A stretch of 64,000 nt of DNA from Candidatus Hadarchaeales archaeon. Lineage in GTDB: Archaea; Hadarchaeota; Hadarchaeia; Hadarchaeales; WYZ-LMO6. Where the stretch lies: contig JAWCKR010000003.1 of the NCBI GenBank assembly GCA_038851755.1, forward strand, positions 1 through 64,000. Direction: 5' to 3'. Both the position numbers and the translations under genes were made by a program. Below are positions 8,904 through 18,400 of the stretch, in pieces. The number at the start of each line of letters is the position of its first letter. Within the stretch, counting starts at the first letter, position 1. A model generated the notes under the pieces. That model had not been told where the DNA came from. It made no database searches and was given only the letters and a program-made list of their open reading frames with translations.

Positions 8904-9940
8904 CAGCTCTCCCCTCCTTTGAACTCTCCCACCATCCTTATCTTCCTCCCGCATTTCGGGCACTTCCCGTCCCTCAACCTGTACTGCAGGACGGTGAAGC
9001 CCTCCCTCTCCACCAGCAGCTCCCCGCAGGAGGGACAGTGGGTGTCCTCCGCCCCGCGCAGGGCCACGTTCCCCAGGTACACGAACTCTATCCCCTCCTC
9101 CCTGGCTATCCCCCTGGCCCTCTCCAGCGTGGCGAGGGGGGTGGGAGGCTTGTCCTGCAGACGGTAGTGGGGGAAGAACCTGCTGAAGTGGACGGGGATG
9201 TCGGGGGAGAGCTTGTTCCTCACCCACCTGCAGAACTCCCTTATCTCCTCAGGATCGTCGTTCTCCCCGGGAACGAGGAGGTAGGTGACCTCCAGGTGTT
9301 TCCCTTTCCTCGCCAGCCACTCGCAGCTCTCCAGCACGGGTCTCAGGCTGGGCACGCCGGGGAACCTGCGGTAGAACCTGTCGGTGAAGGCCTTCACGTC
9401 CACGTTGGCCGCGTCCAGGTAGGGGGAGAGCTTCTCCCAGGCGGGGAGGTTGAGGTAGCCGTTGGTCACCATCACGGTGTAGAGCCCCTCCCCCTTCGCC
9501 AGCCTGGAGACGTCGTAGCAGTACTCCCACCAGATGGAGGGTTCGTTGTAGGTGAAGGCTATGCCCGAGCATCCCGTTTCCTTCGCCCCCTCCACCGCCT
9601 CTTCCGGAGAGAGCTCCCTGGTGTAGACCTGCTCGAGCCTGCACTGGGAGAGCTCCCAGTTCTGGCAGAAGTCGCACTTGAAGTTGCATCCCACGCTGGA
9701 GAGGGAGAAGACCAGGGAGCCGGGCCAGAAGTGGTGCAGGGGCTTCTTCTCGATGGGATCGGGGTTGGCGGCGGTCACGGCGCCGTAGAGGAGGGTGTAA
9801 AGCTTCCCCCCTTCGTTCTTCCGCGCCCCGCAGAAGCCCGTCTTTCCCTCCGGGATCAGGCAGAGCCTGGGACAGAGCAGGCACCTCACTCCCCTTTCCT
9901 GGGGCTCCCAGAACTCCGCCGGTTTCCTCATCTCCTTCAC
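8900..9940 (-). CDS. amrS: AmmeMemoRadiSam-type radical SAM enzyme (PFL-activase family)
   Basis: N-terminal CxxCPxxC...C, DPIEKKPL, GCNFKCDFCQN, FTYNEP, HFSRFFPHY, C-terminal CPxCG..CPxCG. Confidence 0.9.
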   Translation of the reverse strand: MKEMRKPAEFWEPQERGVRCLLCPRLCLIPEGKTGFCGARKNEGGKLYTLLYGAVTAANPDPIEKKPLHHFWPGSLVFSLSSVGCNFKCDFCQNWELSQCRLEQVYTRELSPEEAVEGAKETGCSGIAFTYNEPSIWWEYCYDVSRLAKGEGLYTVMVTNGYLNLPAWEKLSPYLDAANVDVKAFTDRFYRRFPGVPSLRPVLESCEWLARKGKHLEVTYLLVPGENDDPEEIREFCRWVRNKLSPDIPVHFSRFFPHYRLQDKPPTPLATLERARGIAREEGIEFVYLGNVALRGAEDTHCPSCGELLVEREGFTVLQYRLRDGKCPKCGRKIRMVGEFKGGESW

Positions 9941-10014
9941 AGGGGGAGAGCGGACTTTTAGAGGTGAGCCAGGGCGGGAGGCTATTTTATAGAGGAAGGA
10001 GAGAAGGGGAAAAG

Positions 10015-10521
10015 ATGGAAGCGGTCATGGAGGAGATGAAGAGGTATCTGTCGGATAACTGGAGGAAAGCCTTCGAGATGTGGTTCTGCTGCATGCTCCA
10101 CATGGGCAGGAAGCTGGAGGAGGTGATTCCCAGGGACATAAGGACCGGCCTTCCCTATTCCCTCCTCTACGAGATAGGGGTGGGGTGCGGGAGGAAGGCG
10201 GGGAAGTGGATGATGGAGGAGTTCCACCTGGAGGGGAAGGACATAAGGGAGAAGGTGAAGTACTCGAACGCCTTCTTCGAGTGCACGGGCGCGGGGACCA
10301 TCGAGTTCTTCAAGGAGGGGGACAGGAGGATCTTCAGGTTCAAGGGCGGGACCTTCATCTCCAAGAGGCTGAAAACGGGAATGAAAGCCTGCCACTACCT
10401 GGCGGGCTTCATAGCGGGGGTCACGGAGGTGTTCGTGGGGATGAAGTTCAGGGTGGAAGAGGTGAGGTGCGTCTCCCAGGGGGACGAGCACTGCGACTTC
10501 TGGGTTTTTCCCAAACCTTAA
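10015..10521 (+). CDS. V4R (4-vinyl reductase) domain protein
   Basis: C-terminal CHYLAGFIAG...VEEVRCVSQGDEHCDF; TATA-like TTTTATA at ~9985. Confidence 0.8.
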   Translation: MEAVMEEMKRYLSDNWRKAFEMWFCCMLHMGRKLEEVIPRDIRTGLPYSLLYEIGVGCGRKAGKWMMEEFHLEGKDIREKVKYSNAFFECTGAGTIEFFKEGDRRIFRFKGGTFISKRLKTGMKACHYLAGFIAGVTEVFVGMKFRVEEVRCVSQGDEHCDFWVFPKP

Positions 10522-10539
10522 GTTTTTGACGGTAGAGCT

Positions 10540-10809
10540 TTGCGCGTGAGAGCCGGGGGAGAGGACTGGAGGAAGGAAGTGGAGAAGGGGGCGGAGGAAA
10601 TCCTGCAGGCCCTCTCCAGGAGCCTGGAGGCCCTTCCCGCGGAGGAGGAGACCTACTACCTGCCGGAGTTCCCACGGTCCCTCAGGGAGGATGGGAAGCC
10701 CTCTCCGGAGGAGGAGAGGTCGGCCTTCAGGAAGAGGCTCCTCTCCCTGGCCCCCTCCAGGGACGAGGAGGGTAACCTGAGGGCGGAGGCCGCCGGATGG
10801 GCACGCTAG
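10540..10809 (+). CDS. gatC: Asp/Glu-tRNA amidotransferase subunit C
   Basis: EETYY...LREDG..LLSLAP motif; precedes gatA-gatB. Confidence 0.75.
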   Translation: MRVRAGGEDWRKEVEKGAEEILQALSRSLEALPAEEETYYLPEFPRSLREDGKPSPEEERSAFRKRLLSLAPSRDEEGNLRAEAAGWAR

Positions 10810-12155
10810 AGAAGCTGCAGGCCCTCAAGGGCGGGGAGCTCTCCGCGGTGGAGAACCTGGAGGGGTTCCTGGAGCGCATAGAGAGAATGAACCCCAAGAT
10901 CAACGCCTTCCTCCAGCTGAACCCCAGGGCGAGGGAGGAGGCGGAGGAGGTGGACAGGAGGATCAGGAGGGGTGAGGGTGGAAAGCTCTCCGGACTGGTG
11001 GTGGCGGTCAAGTCCAACATCAACGTGCTCGGGCTCAGGGCCACCTGCGCCTCCAGAACGCTGGAGGACCACGTCTCCGCCTACGATGCAGAGGTCATCA
11101 CCAGGATCAGGCGGGAGGGGGGAGTGGTGGTGGGGATGACCAACATGGACGAGTTCGCCTGCGGTTCGAGCGGGGAGAGCAGCGCCTTCGGCCCCACCGA
11201 CAACCCCTCCGCTCCCGGTTACATCCCCGGAGGATCGAGCAGCGGGAGCGCAGCGGCGGTGGCGGCAGGTCTCTGTGACCTGGCGCTGGGCACGGACACG
11301 GGAGGGTCGATAAGGAACCCCGCCAGCCACTGCGGGGTGGCGGGGTTGAAGCCCACCTACGGTCTGGTCCCCAGGCACGGTCTCATCGACCTGGGGATGA
11401 GCCTGGATCAGATAGGCCCCCTCTCCCCCGATGTCCGTGGCCTCTCCCTCCTCATGGAGTGCATGGCGGGGTTGAACCCTGGGGAGGGGATGATGCTGGA
11501 GGTGGAGGGGGTATCCTACGGGGAGCTGGAGAGAGGGGTGGAGGGGATGCGCGTGGGCGTGTGCCCGCAGTTCTCCTCCCTCACGGACCCACGCATCAAC
11601 GAGGTGGTGGAGAGGAGGGTGGAGAGGTTGAGGGAGCTGGGGGCGAGGGTGGAGGAGGTGTCCATCCCACACCTGGAGCACGCCCTCTCCGCCTACTACC
11701 TCATCGTCTCGGTGGAGTTCTTCTCGGCCACCCGCAGGTACGACGGGAGGAAGTACGGGAAGCGCATCGAGGAGGTCTGCGGGGAGGAGGTGCTCAGGAG
11801 GATAGCCATAGGGAGCTACATAAGCAGGAAGGAGTACCGCGGGAAGTACTACCAGAGGGCCCTGCAGCTCAGGACGCTGATAAGGAAGGAGTTCTCCTCG
11901 GCCTTCAAAAGGGTGGAGGTGCTCGTGGGCCCCACCGTGCCCAAGCTCCCCCACAGGCTGGGGCAGAGGCTCTCCCCCCTGGAGATGTACGCCTACGACT
12001 ACCTCACCGTCCCCGCCAACCTGGCAGGCATCTGCGCCGGGGTGGTGAAGGCGGGGGAGGTGGGGGGGATTCCCGTGGGAATCCAGGTCCAGGGTCCTCC
12101 GCTGGGGGAGGAGAAGGTCCTGAGGGTGATGAGGGCGCTGGAGGCGGGAGCATAG
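10797..12155 (+). CDS. gatA: Asp/Glu-tRNA amidotransferase subunit A
   Basis: Amidase signature TNMDEFACGSS, PGGSSSGSAAAV, GTDTGGSIRNPA, GLKPTYG. Confidence 0.93.
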   Translation: MGTLEKLQALKGGELSAVENLEGFLERIERMNPKINAFLQLNPRAREEAEEVDRRIRRGEGGKLSGLVVAVKSNINVLGLRATCASRTLEDHVSAYDAEVITRIRREGGVVVGMTNMDEFACGSSGESSAFGPTDNPSAPGYIPGGSSSGSAAAVAAGLCDLALGTDTGGSIRNPASHCGVAGLKPTYGLVPRHGLIDLGMSLDQIGPLSPDVRGLSLLMECMAGLNPGEGMMLEVEGVSYGELERGVEGMRVGVCPQFSSLTDPRINEVVERRVERLRELGARVEEVSIPHLEHALSAYYLIVSVEFFSATRRYDGRKYGKRIEEVCGEEVLRRIAIGSYISRKEYRGKYYQRALQLRTLIRKEFSSAFKRVEVLVGPTVPKLPHRLGQRLSPLEMYAYDYLTVPANLAGICAGVVKAGEVGGIPVGIQVQGPPLGEEKVLRVMRALEAGA

Positions 12156-12157
12156 AG

Positions 12158-13534
12158 GTGAAGATAGGCTTCGAGGTGCACCTGCAGCTGAAGACGGAGA
12201 GGAAGCTGTACTGCAACTGCCCCACCAACTACGCGGAGGTCCCCCCCAACACCAACGTGTGCCCCATCTGTACGGGCATGCCCGGGGCCAAGCCCATGAG
12301 GCCCAACAGGGCGGCGGTGGAGGCGGCGGTGGAGATCTCCCTCATGCTGGGCTGCCGGGTTCAGACGGGCAAGCCCCTCCACATCCAGAGGAAGCACTAC
12401 GACTACCCCGACCTGCCCAGCGGGTACCAGCGCACCAGCCTGCCCCTGGCCCTGGAGGGGGATCTGGAGGGGGTGAGGATAAGGGAGGTGCACCTGGAGG
12501 AGGACCCGGGGCAGTACGACCCCGTTTCGGGTTCCGTGGACTTCAACCGCTCGGGCATTCCCCTGGTGGAGATCGTGACGGAACCCGACCTCCGTTCTCC
12601 CGAGGAGGCCAGGCGCTTCCTTCGCTCCCTCACGAGGGTGCTGGAGTACACGGGAAGGGTGAGGCCGGAGGCGGGCGGTGCGATGAGGGTGGACGTCAAC
12701 GTTTCGCTGGAAGGGGGAGGGAGGGTGGAGGTGAAGAACATCAACTCGGTGAAGGGGGCCTACAGGGCCCTGAAGTTCGAGCTCCAGCGCCAGGCGGAGA
12801 GGCTCAGGAGGGGAGAGAAGGTGAGCAGGGAGACCCGGGCCTACCTGGAGAGCCAGATGATCACCGTCCCCATGCGCACGAAGGAGCTGGAGGAGGACTA
12901 CAGGTACATTCCCGACCCCGATCTTCCGCCCATCGTGCTGGAGGAGGAGTGGGTGGAGGAGGTGAGGAGGGGGATGGTGGAACCCCCCCACCTCAGGGAG
13001 AGGAGGCTGGTGGAGAGGTACGGGCTCTCTCCAGCCGCCGCCAGGGTGATCACCAGCGAGAGGGAGCTGGCCGACCTCTTCGAGAGGGTGGCGCTGGAGG
13101 TGGACCCCCTCTTCGCGGCCGACTGGTTCAGGACCAAGCTGAAGAAGGTCCTGAACTACATGGGCCTCAGGGCAGGGGAGGTGAGGTTCTCCGCCGAGCA
13201 GCTCCTCTCCCTCCTCAGGATGGTGAAGGGGGGAAGGATCTCCCCGGAGCAGGGGGAGCTCGTCCTCAGGGAACTGGCGAGGGAGCCGGCGGATCCCGAG
13301 GAGATCCTCCTCAGGATGGGCCTTCTTCCCCTGGGGAAGGGGGAACTGGAAGGGCTGGTGGAGAAGGTGGTGGAGGAAAACCGGGAGGCCGTGAGGGACT
13401 ACCTCGGTGGGAAGGAGGAGGCCCTGAACTTCCTCACGGGTAAGGTGGTGAGGGCAAGCGGCGGGAGGGTGAATCCCCGGGAGGTGCTGGGTCTCCTGAG
13501 GGAGAAGCTGGAGGAGCTCCGTGGGAAGGGTTAG
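12158..13534 (+). CDS. gatB: Asp/Glu-tRNA amidotransferase subunit B
   Basis: IGFEVHLQL, CPICTGMPG, YPDLP, HLEED, DFNRSGIPLVEIVTEPD, EVKNINS, DYRYIPDPDLP; start GTG 12158 or ATA 12152. Confidence 0.94.
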   Translation: MKIGFEVHLQLKTERKLYCNCPTNYAEVPPNTNVCPICTGMPGAKPMRPNRAAVEAAVEISLMLGCRVQTGKPLHIQRKHYDYPDLPSGYQRTSLPLALEGDLEGVRIREVHLEEDPGQYDPVSGSVDFNRSGIPLVEIVTEPDLRSPEEARRFLRSLTRVLEYTGRVRPEAGGAMRVDVNVSLEGGGRVEVKNINSVKGAYRALKFELQRQAERLRRGEKVSRETRAYLESQMITVPMRTKELEEDYRYIPDPDLPPIVLEEEWVEEVRRGMVEPPHLRERRLVERYGLSPAAARVITSERELADLFERVALEVDPLFAADWFRTKLKKVLNYMGLRAGEVRFSAEQLLSLLRMVKGGRISPEQGELVLRELAREPADPEEILLRMGLLPLGKGELEGLVEKVVEENREAVRDYLGGKEEALNFLTGKVVRASGGRVNPREVLGLLREKLEELRGKG

Positions 13535-14450
13535 GCGCCCCGAGGCGGTTCTGGCGGTATGGGTCTCCTGCTTCGCGGGAATGCTGGTCGCCAGGCTGCT
13601 GGGAGGGGTGAGCCTTTCCCTCTCCGTGGTGGGGGACTGGGTGGGTTACCTCCTCCCCCTTCTTGCGGTCTTCCATTTCAGCCGGAGGGGGAGGTTCTGG
13701 TCCTCGGTGGGGGTGAGGAAGGAGGGCCTCCTCCCTGGCCTCGTCTGGCTCTTCGCCCTCTTCCTGCTCTTCTTCCTCCTCCTGGGCGTCTACGGGGAGG
13801 TGATGGCGAGGTTGGTGGGGAAGGACCCAGGTGAGGAGGTTTTCAGCAGGATGGAAAGCCTCCCCGGTTGGTACTTCGCCTACTTCGCCCTCGCCTCCTT
13901 CCTTCCCGTGGCGCTGGCGGAGGAGGTGGTCTTCAGGGGGTTCATCCTCAGGGAGTTCTTACCCTTGGGGATGGTGAGGGCCGTCCTCCTGAGCTCGGCC
14001 ATGCACTCCGCCACCCATCTTTGGTACCTGGACTTCGGCCTCCCCGGTGCCACCATGTTCGGCTCGGCCTTCCTCTTCTTCGTCTGGATGGGTTTGGTCT
14101 ACTCAAAGACGGGTAACCTGCTGGCGCCCATCCTCATGCACGGTCTGAACAACGCCTCCCTCTCCCTCAGGTTCTTCTGGGGCGAGGGGGTCGTGGCGGC
14201 TCTCTACACCCTCTTCCTCTTCCTGGGCTGGGTTTCCTTCCTCCACCTGCTTCTTTCGAGGAGGGTGAGCAGGGTGGAGAGGCCTCGGGAGGGGGTGGTG
14301 GAGAGGAACAGGATGAGGGCCAGGGAGGGAATAAAGAGGATGATGGAGAGGCTCGATTCTTTCAGGAAGGAGGGAAAGCTCTCGGAAGAGGAGTGGAGGA
14401 GGCTGAGGGAGGTCTACAGGGCCAGGCTGGAGGAGCTGGAGGAGGGATAG
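13521..14450 (+). CDS. CPBP (CAAX/Abi) intramembrane glutamic endopeptidase
   Basis: Multi-TM; AEEVVFRG, H..TH, HGLNN motifs; charged C-terminal tail. Confidence 0.85.
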   Translation: MGRVRRPEAVLAVWVSCFAGMLVARLLGGVSLSLSVVGDWVGYLLPLLAVFHFSRRGRFWSSVGVRKEGLLPGLVWLFALFLLFFLLLGVYGEVMARLVGKDPGEEVFSRMESLPGWYFAYFALASFLPVALAEEVVFRGFILREFLPLGMVRAVLLSSAMHSATHLWYLDFGLPGATMFGSAFLFFVWMGLVYSKTGNLLAPILMHGLNNASLSLRFFWGEGVVAALYTLFLFLGWVSFLHLLLSRRVSRVERPREGVVERNRMRAREGIKRMMERLDSFRKEGKLSEEEWRRLREVYRARLEELEEG

Positions 14451-15451
14451 CCTCGAGGGGCAGGGGGAGGGTCCTCGGGGAGGTGGTGGGTGGGCTGGGC
14501 GTGGCCCTCTTCCTGGTGGGCTGCGCCATGGTCTGCCTGCCCCTGTACTCCAGGCTCTTCGGGCTGGGAAAGTTCTTCGATTCCGTAGGCTGGTGGCGAC
14601 CGGCGGGGGTCCTCTTGATCGTGGGCGGCCTGGCGGTCTTCTTCCCCCTCCTGCTCTACAGGGGGAGGAGCTCCAGGTTGAGGTTCATCCCCCAGAAGAC
14701 CGCTGGTGAGGGCCTGAAGATGGTCCTGCAGGTCCTGGCCTTCATGCTGGCCGTCTTGCTGTTTTTCAGTTTCTCCTTTCTTCCCATCCACTACTACGAC
14801 AGGGCGAGGGTTTTCGTGTCGGAGAAGCTGCCCGTTCCAGCGGAGAGGAACCTCGACGGTCTCTCTTCCTTCCTCCACGAGGTCAGGCTGGAGTACGTGG
14901 AGGAGAACGTGTTCGACTGTTCCGAGGCCTCGGCCCTGGTGGAGTGGCTCTGCGAGGGCGCGGGGTTCCACGCTTTCATCGCCTTGGGTTACAGGACGGA
15001 GCCTTCGGGGGAGAGGAGGCTGCACACCTGGGTGGTCGTGGAGCTGGAGGAGGGGAAGAGGGGGCACGTGGAGGCCACGACCCTCACGGTCACGGAATCT
15101 CCGGAGAACCTCTCCTTCTCCCTCTACGAGAGCCCGGACGACATGATAAAGGGAACCTTCCTCCTCTCCGAGTTCGACTGGTGGAGCGTTCCCCCCTACC
15201 GGGAATGGGGAGGTTTCTCTGAGATGGAGCTCCTTCCCCCCAGCTTCTGGTCCAAGCTGGAAACACCGGACAGGATCACAGGCTACAGGATAGTCTCCGG
15301 GATCCTCTTCACCCTCCTGCTCTTCTCCTTCTACGTACTGCTCTTGTCCCTGCTCGAGTTCCTGTTGAACTCCCTTAGGAGAATGAGTGGGAACTGGCAC
15401 CGAAGGGGACCGAGATCAACTCGCTGTTCGTTGTTATCACAAAGGCTTTAA
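14447..15451 (+). CDS. Membrane protein with transglutaminase/papain-like Cys-His-Glu domain
   Basis: Three N-terminal TM segments, FDCSEASAL...HTWVVVE...HVEAT, one C-terminal TM; start uncertain. Confidence 0.6.
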   Translation: MASRGRGRVLGEVVGGLGVALFLVGCAMVCLPLYSRLFGLGKFFDSVGWWRPAGVLLIVGGLAVFFPLLLYRGRSSRLRFIPQKTAGEGLKMVLQVLAFMLAVLLFFSFSFLPIHYYDRARVFVSEKLPVPAERNLDGLSSFLHEVRLEYVEENVFDCSEASALVEWLCEGAGFHAFIALGYRTEPSGERRLHTWVVVELEEGKRGHVEATTLTVTESPENLSFSLYESPDDMIKGTFLLSEFDWWSVPPYREWGGFSEMELLPPSFWSKLETPDRITGYRIVSGILFTLLLFSFYVLLLSLLEFLLNSLRRMSGNWHRRGPRSTRCSLLSQRL

Positions 15452-15455
15452 AAAG
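15446..15455 (+). promoter_or_regulatory. Probable TATA box for the large surface protein gene
   Basis: CTTTAAAAAG about 25 nt before the predicted start. Confidence 0.5.
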
Positions 15456-15478
15456 TAAGGCGGAAGAGAAGGGAGAAC

Positions 15479-18400
15479 ATACACCTCAAAAAGATCCTCG
15501 CCCTCCTGCTCCTGGTTGTGATTTTAGCTGGGTTCGCGCCCGAGGTACAGCCGGTCCGGGCTTCCCCCTTCTCCATCACCCTGGTCTGCCCCAACGGTGG
15601 AGAGCTGCTGATGGGGGGCAGCGAGTACCGTGTGGAATGGGTGACCTCCAACCCTGGATACGGCTACGTGAAGCTCCTCTATTCCCTGGACAACGGGGCC
15701 AGCTGGATTACCATAGACAACGTTCCCAACTCTCTGGTGATAGGGGGCAATCCCGCCTACGTATGGACGGTGCCGAACGTCACTTCTGCTCACTGCAGAG
15801 CAAAGGTCCTGTGGCATAGCGGCGGGTTTCCCTCTCAATTATACGCCTCGGACGTCAGCGATGCCGAATTCACCATCACCCCCGTTCAAATCTACTTCTC
15901 CAGCGGGGGGGATATCAAGGTCGTGTTGGCTGGCGGGGTAGGGGAAACAAACCTCACTAGAAGCCCTGAGTTCTGGGAGCACCATCCTTCGGCCTCGTCT
16001 GATGGCAAGAAGGTGGCCTTCGCCCGGATGGAACTCGATGCAGGGGGCGCAATCGTGGAAAATACGTCGGAGATTTGGACGATGGATTCGAACGGTGAGA
16101 ACCAAGCCAGGATCACCAACAACAATGTCGATGATGTCGAACCGGCCATTTCTCCTGATGGTACGAAAATAGTCTTCTCGCGGTTCGACGCTGCTGGACG
16201 TTTCTCCAACCTCTACCTCTTCGAGGGATTTATGTGGAGCCCGACCCTTCGCAGGTACATCCCCCTAGAGACGCAGCTGACCTCGGGCAACCATCAGGAC
16301 CGCTGGCCATGTTTCTCTCCCGACGGCACGAAGATAGTGTTCTCCTCCAATCGCGAGGGCGGCAAGTTTCAGCTCTACACGCTCGATATCAGCAATCCAG
16401 CCAGCGTGAACCGTGCCCTCCCGGGTGTGCCACCTTATACCGAGAAGGATCAGGTGACTCCCGATTGGTCTCCGGATGGAAAATGGTTCGCCTGCTCGAT
16501 GAAGAGCGAAACCCAGTCGGATATTTACATCGCCGACTCGTGGGGACCCGTAAACACGAGGCGAGTCTTCCAGCTCACCTCCACCTCGGAGGTGGAAACC
16601 TCCCCTTCCTGGTCCCCAGATTCGGGGGAAATGGCCTTCATAAAGTTAAGGTCGGGCATGGATGCGACAATCCAAGAGCTTTGGGCGATGAAGCTTGAGA
16701 CCGACAACCGTGTCTACATCGTTGAAAATAAACTCTTGAAGGATATGGGGTCTCGTGCAGAGTTCCTTACGGAGTTCCTAGAGTACGGCTTCACAAAACG
16801 CAACGAGTGGATTGGGTATCCCTCTTGGAGGCGCCTCGAGGGCCTGCGCATCCCGGATGTCGAGCTCGAGGGGAGGGTGGATAACTCCTTCAGTGCCAGG
16901 CTTGAGGTCCTGGGGGGAGTGGGACCTTTCACCTGGACTTTGATCGGGTCCCTGCCTGCGGGCTTGAGTTTTTCTCAGGGGATGAAATATCCCCTCGACC
17001 TCTCGAGCCTGGCGTTCATCTCCGGCACGCCCACAGAGGCTGTGAAGGATCACAGCTTCAGCGTGAGGGTGGTAGATAACTCGGGTCTGACGGGACAGAC
17101 GAGCTTTCTCATCACGATAAGACCCGGGAGGAAGCTCGAGCTGGTCACCACGGGCAGGTTCCTTCCTCCCTCGGTTCCAGGAACACGGTATCATGCCAGG
17201 GTCGAGTTCAGGGGTGGGTTACCCCCCTATCGGGTAAAGGTTGAGTCTGGAATCTACGGTAAGGACCTCCCCGAGAATTTGTCTTGGGGCTTGATAGAAA
17301 GGGGGGACCAGCTCACGGTTCGGTTCGGGGCACCCGAGAACGGTATGCCCTGCGGGCGCTACGCGGTGAGGATAACGGTAATCGATAATCTCGGTGATGC
17401 GGTTTTGGGTTGCTTCAACCTCAACGTCTTGAAGATGGAGTGGAATATGAGGGACGTGTTCGGGGAGAACCTCAGCGCCTTTGTCTGGGGTCTGCCGGAG
17501 GAGATAGGTGTAGAAAACCTCATCACCGGGCTTTCAATCGAGGCAGGCGGAATCGAGGTGAATCTCCCCATCCTCGGCGTGTCTCTGAGCGCGGATCGGG
17601 AATACCACACCATCACAGCACCCTACCCCAGGGACTTCTCCCCGTGGCGCAGCCTGTTCGGCCCAGGGGTATCGACGGTTGTCGGAAAACTCAAGCTCGG
17701 GGTGAGGTTGGACGACAACGAGGCCGCGGTGACCGCCGATTTTCCCATCCACGGATACATGTTCCGCAGGGACAGCGGCTTTAGCTTCCCGAACTTTTCC
17801 TCCACTCAGATTTCATACGATGATTTCGCAGATTTCTTCGGCTGGGGTGAGACTACGTTTTGGTCTTTTGGGGAGCGGGTGCCCCGGCCCATTCCCTACC
17901 TTTTGTGGAGCTTGATACCGATTGGCAGCGGAGGCAACTGTACCGGCATGTCGGTCGCCGGCTTAGATATCTCCAGGGGCGTAGCGAGGTCGAGCGACAC
18001 CTCCCATCCTAATCTCCCGCACGCCATGCAGAGGACTGGATTCAACCACTTGCTTGCTGAACCCGACGAGTCGTTAGAAACCTACATACGTCAGAGACAG
18101 TGGTGGATTGTATCGATGGAATTCATCAGACTCTTTTCCACAGTTATCCCGGCCCACACTAGTTGGTTTAGATGGTCCAACAAAATGCTCGAGGACATCG
18201 AGAGATACGGACTCCCCTGTTACATTGCCATGTTTGATGGTATTGTCACGTCCGGCGGAGCGAACGCCCACACGGTGACGGCTTACGCTATGGAGGATCT
18301 TCCCGATGGGAGAAAGCTCCTCCGGGTATATGACTCAAACAAACCATTTAGTTACACGGAGAATTGGGACGACAACAGCGCCATTTTCGTTGACCCCAGC

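Noticed and set aside
11459-12157. N-terminal extension of the 691-aa gatB ORF
   Set aside because: It overlaps gatA out of frame; GatB similarity begins only at ~12152-12158, so this is not a fusion.
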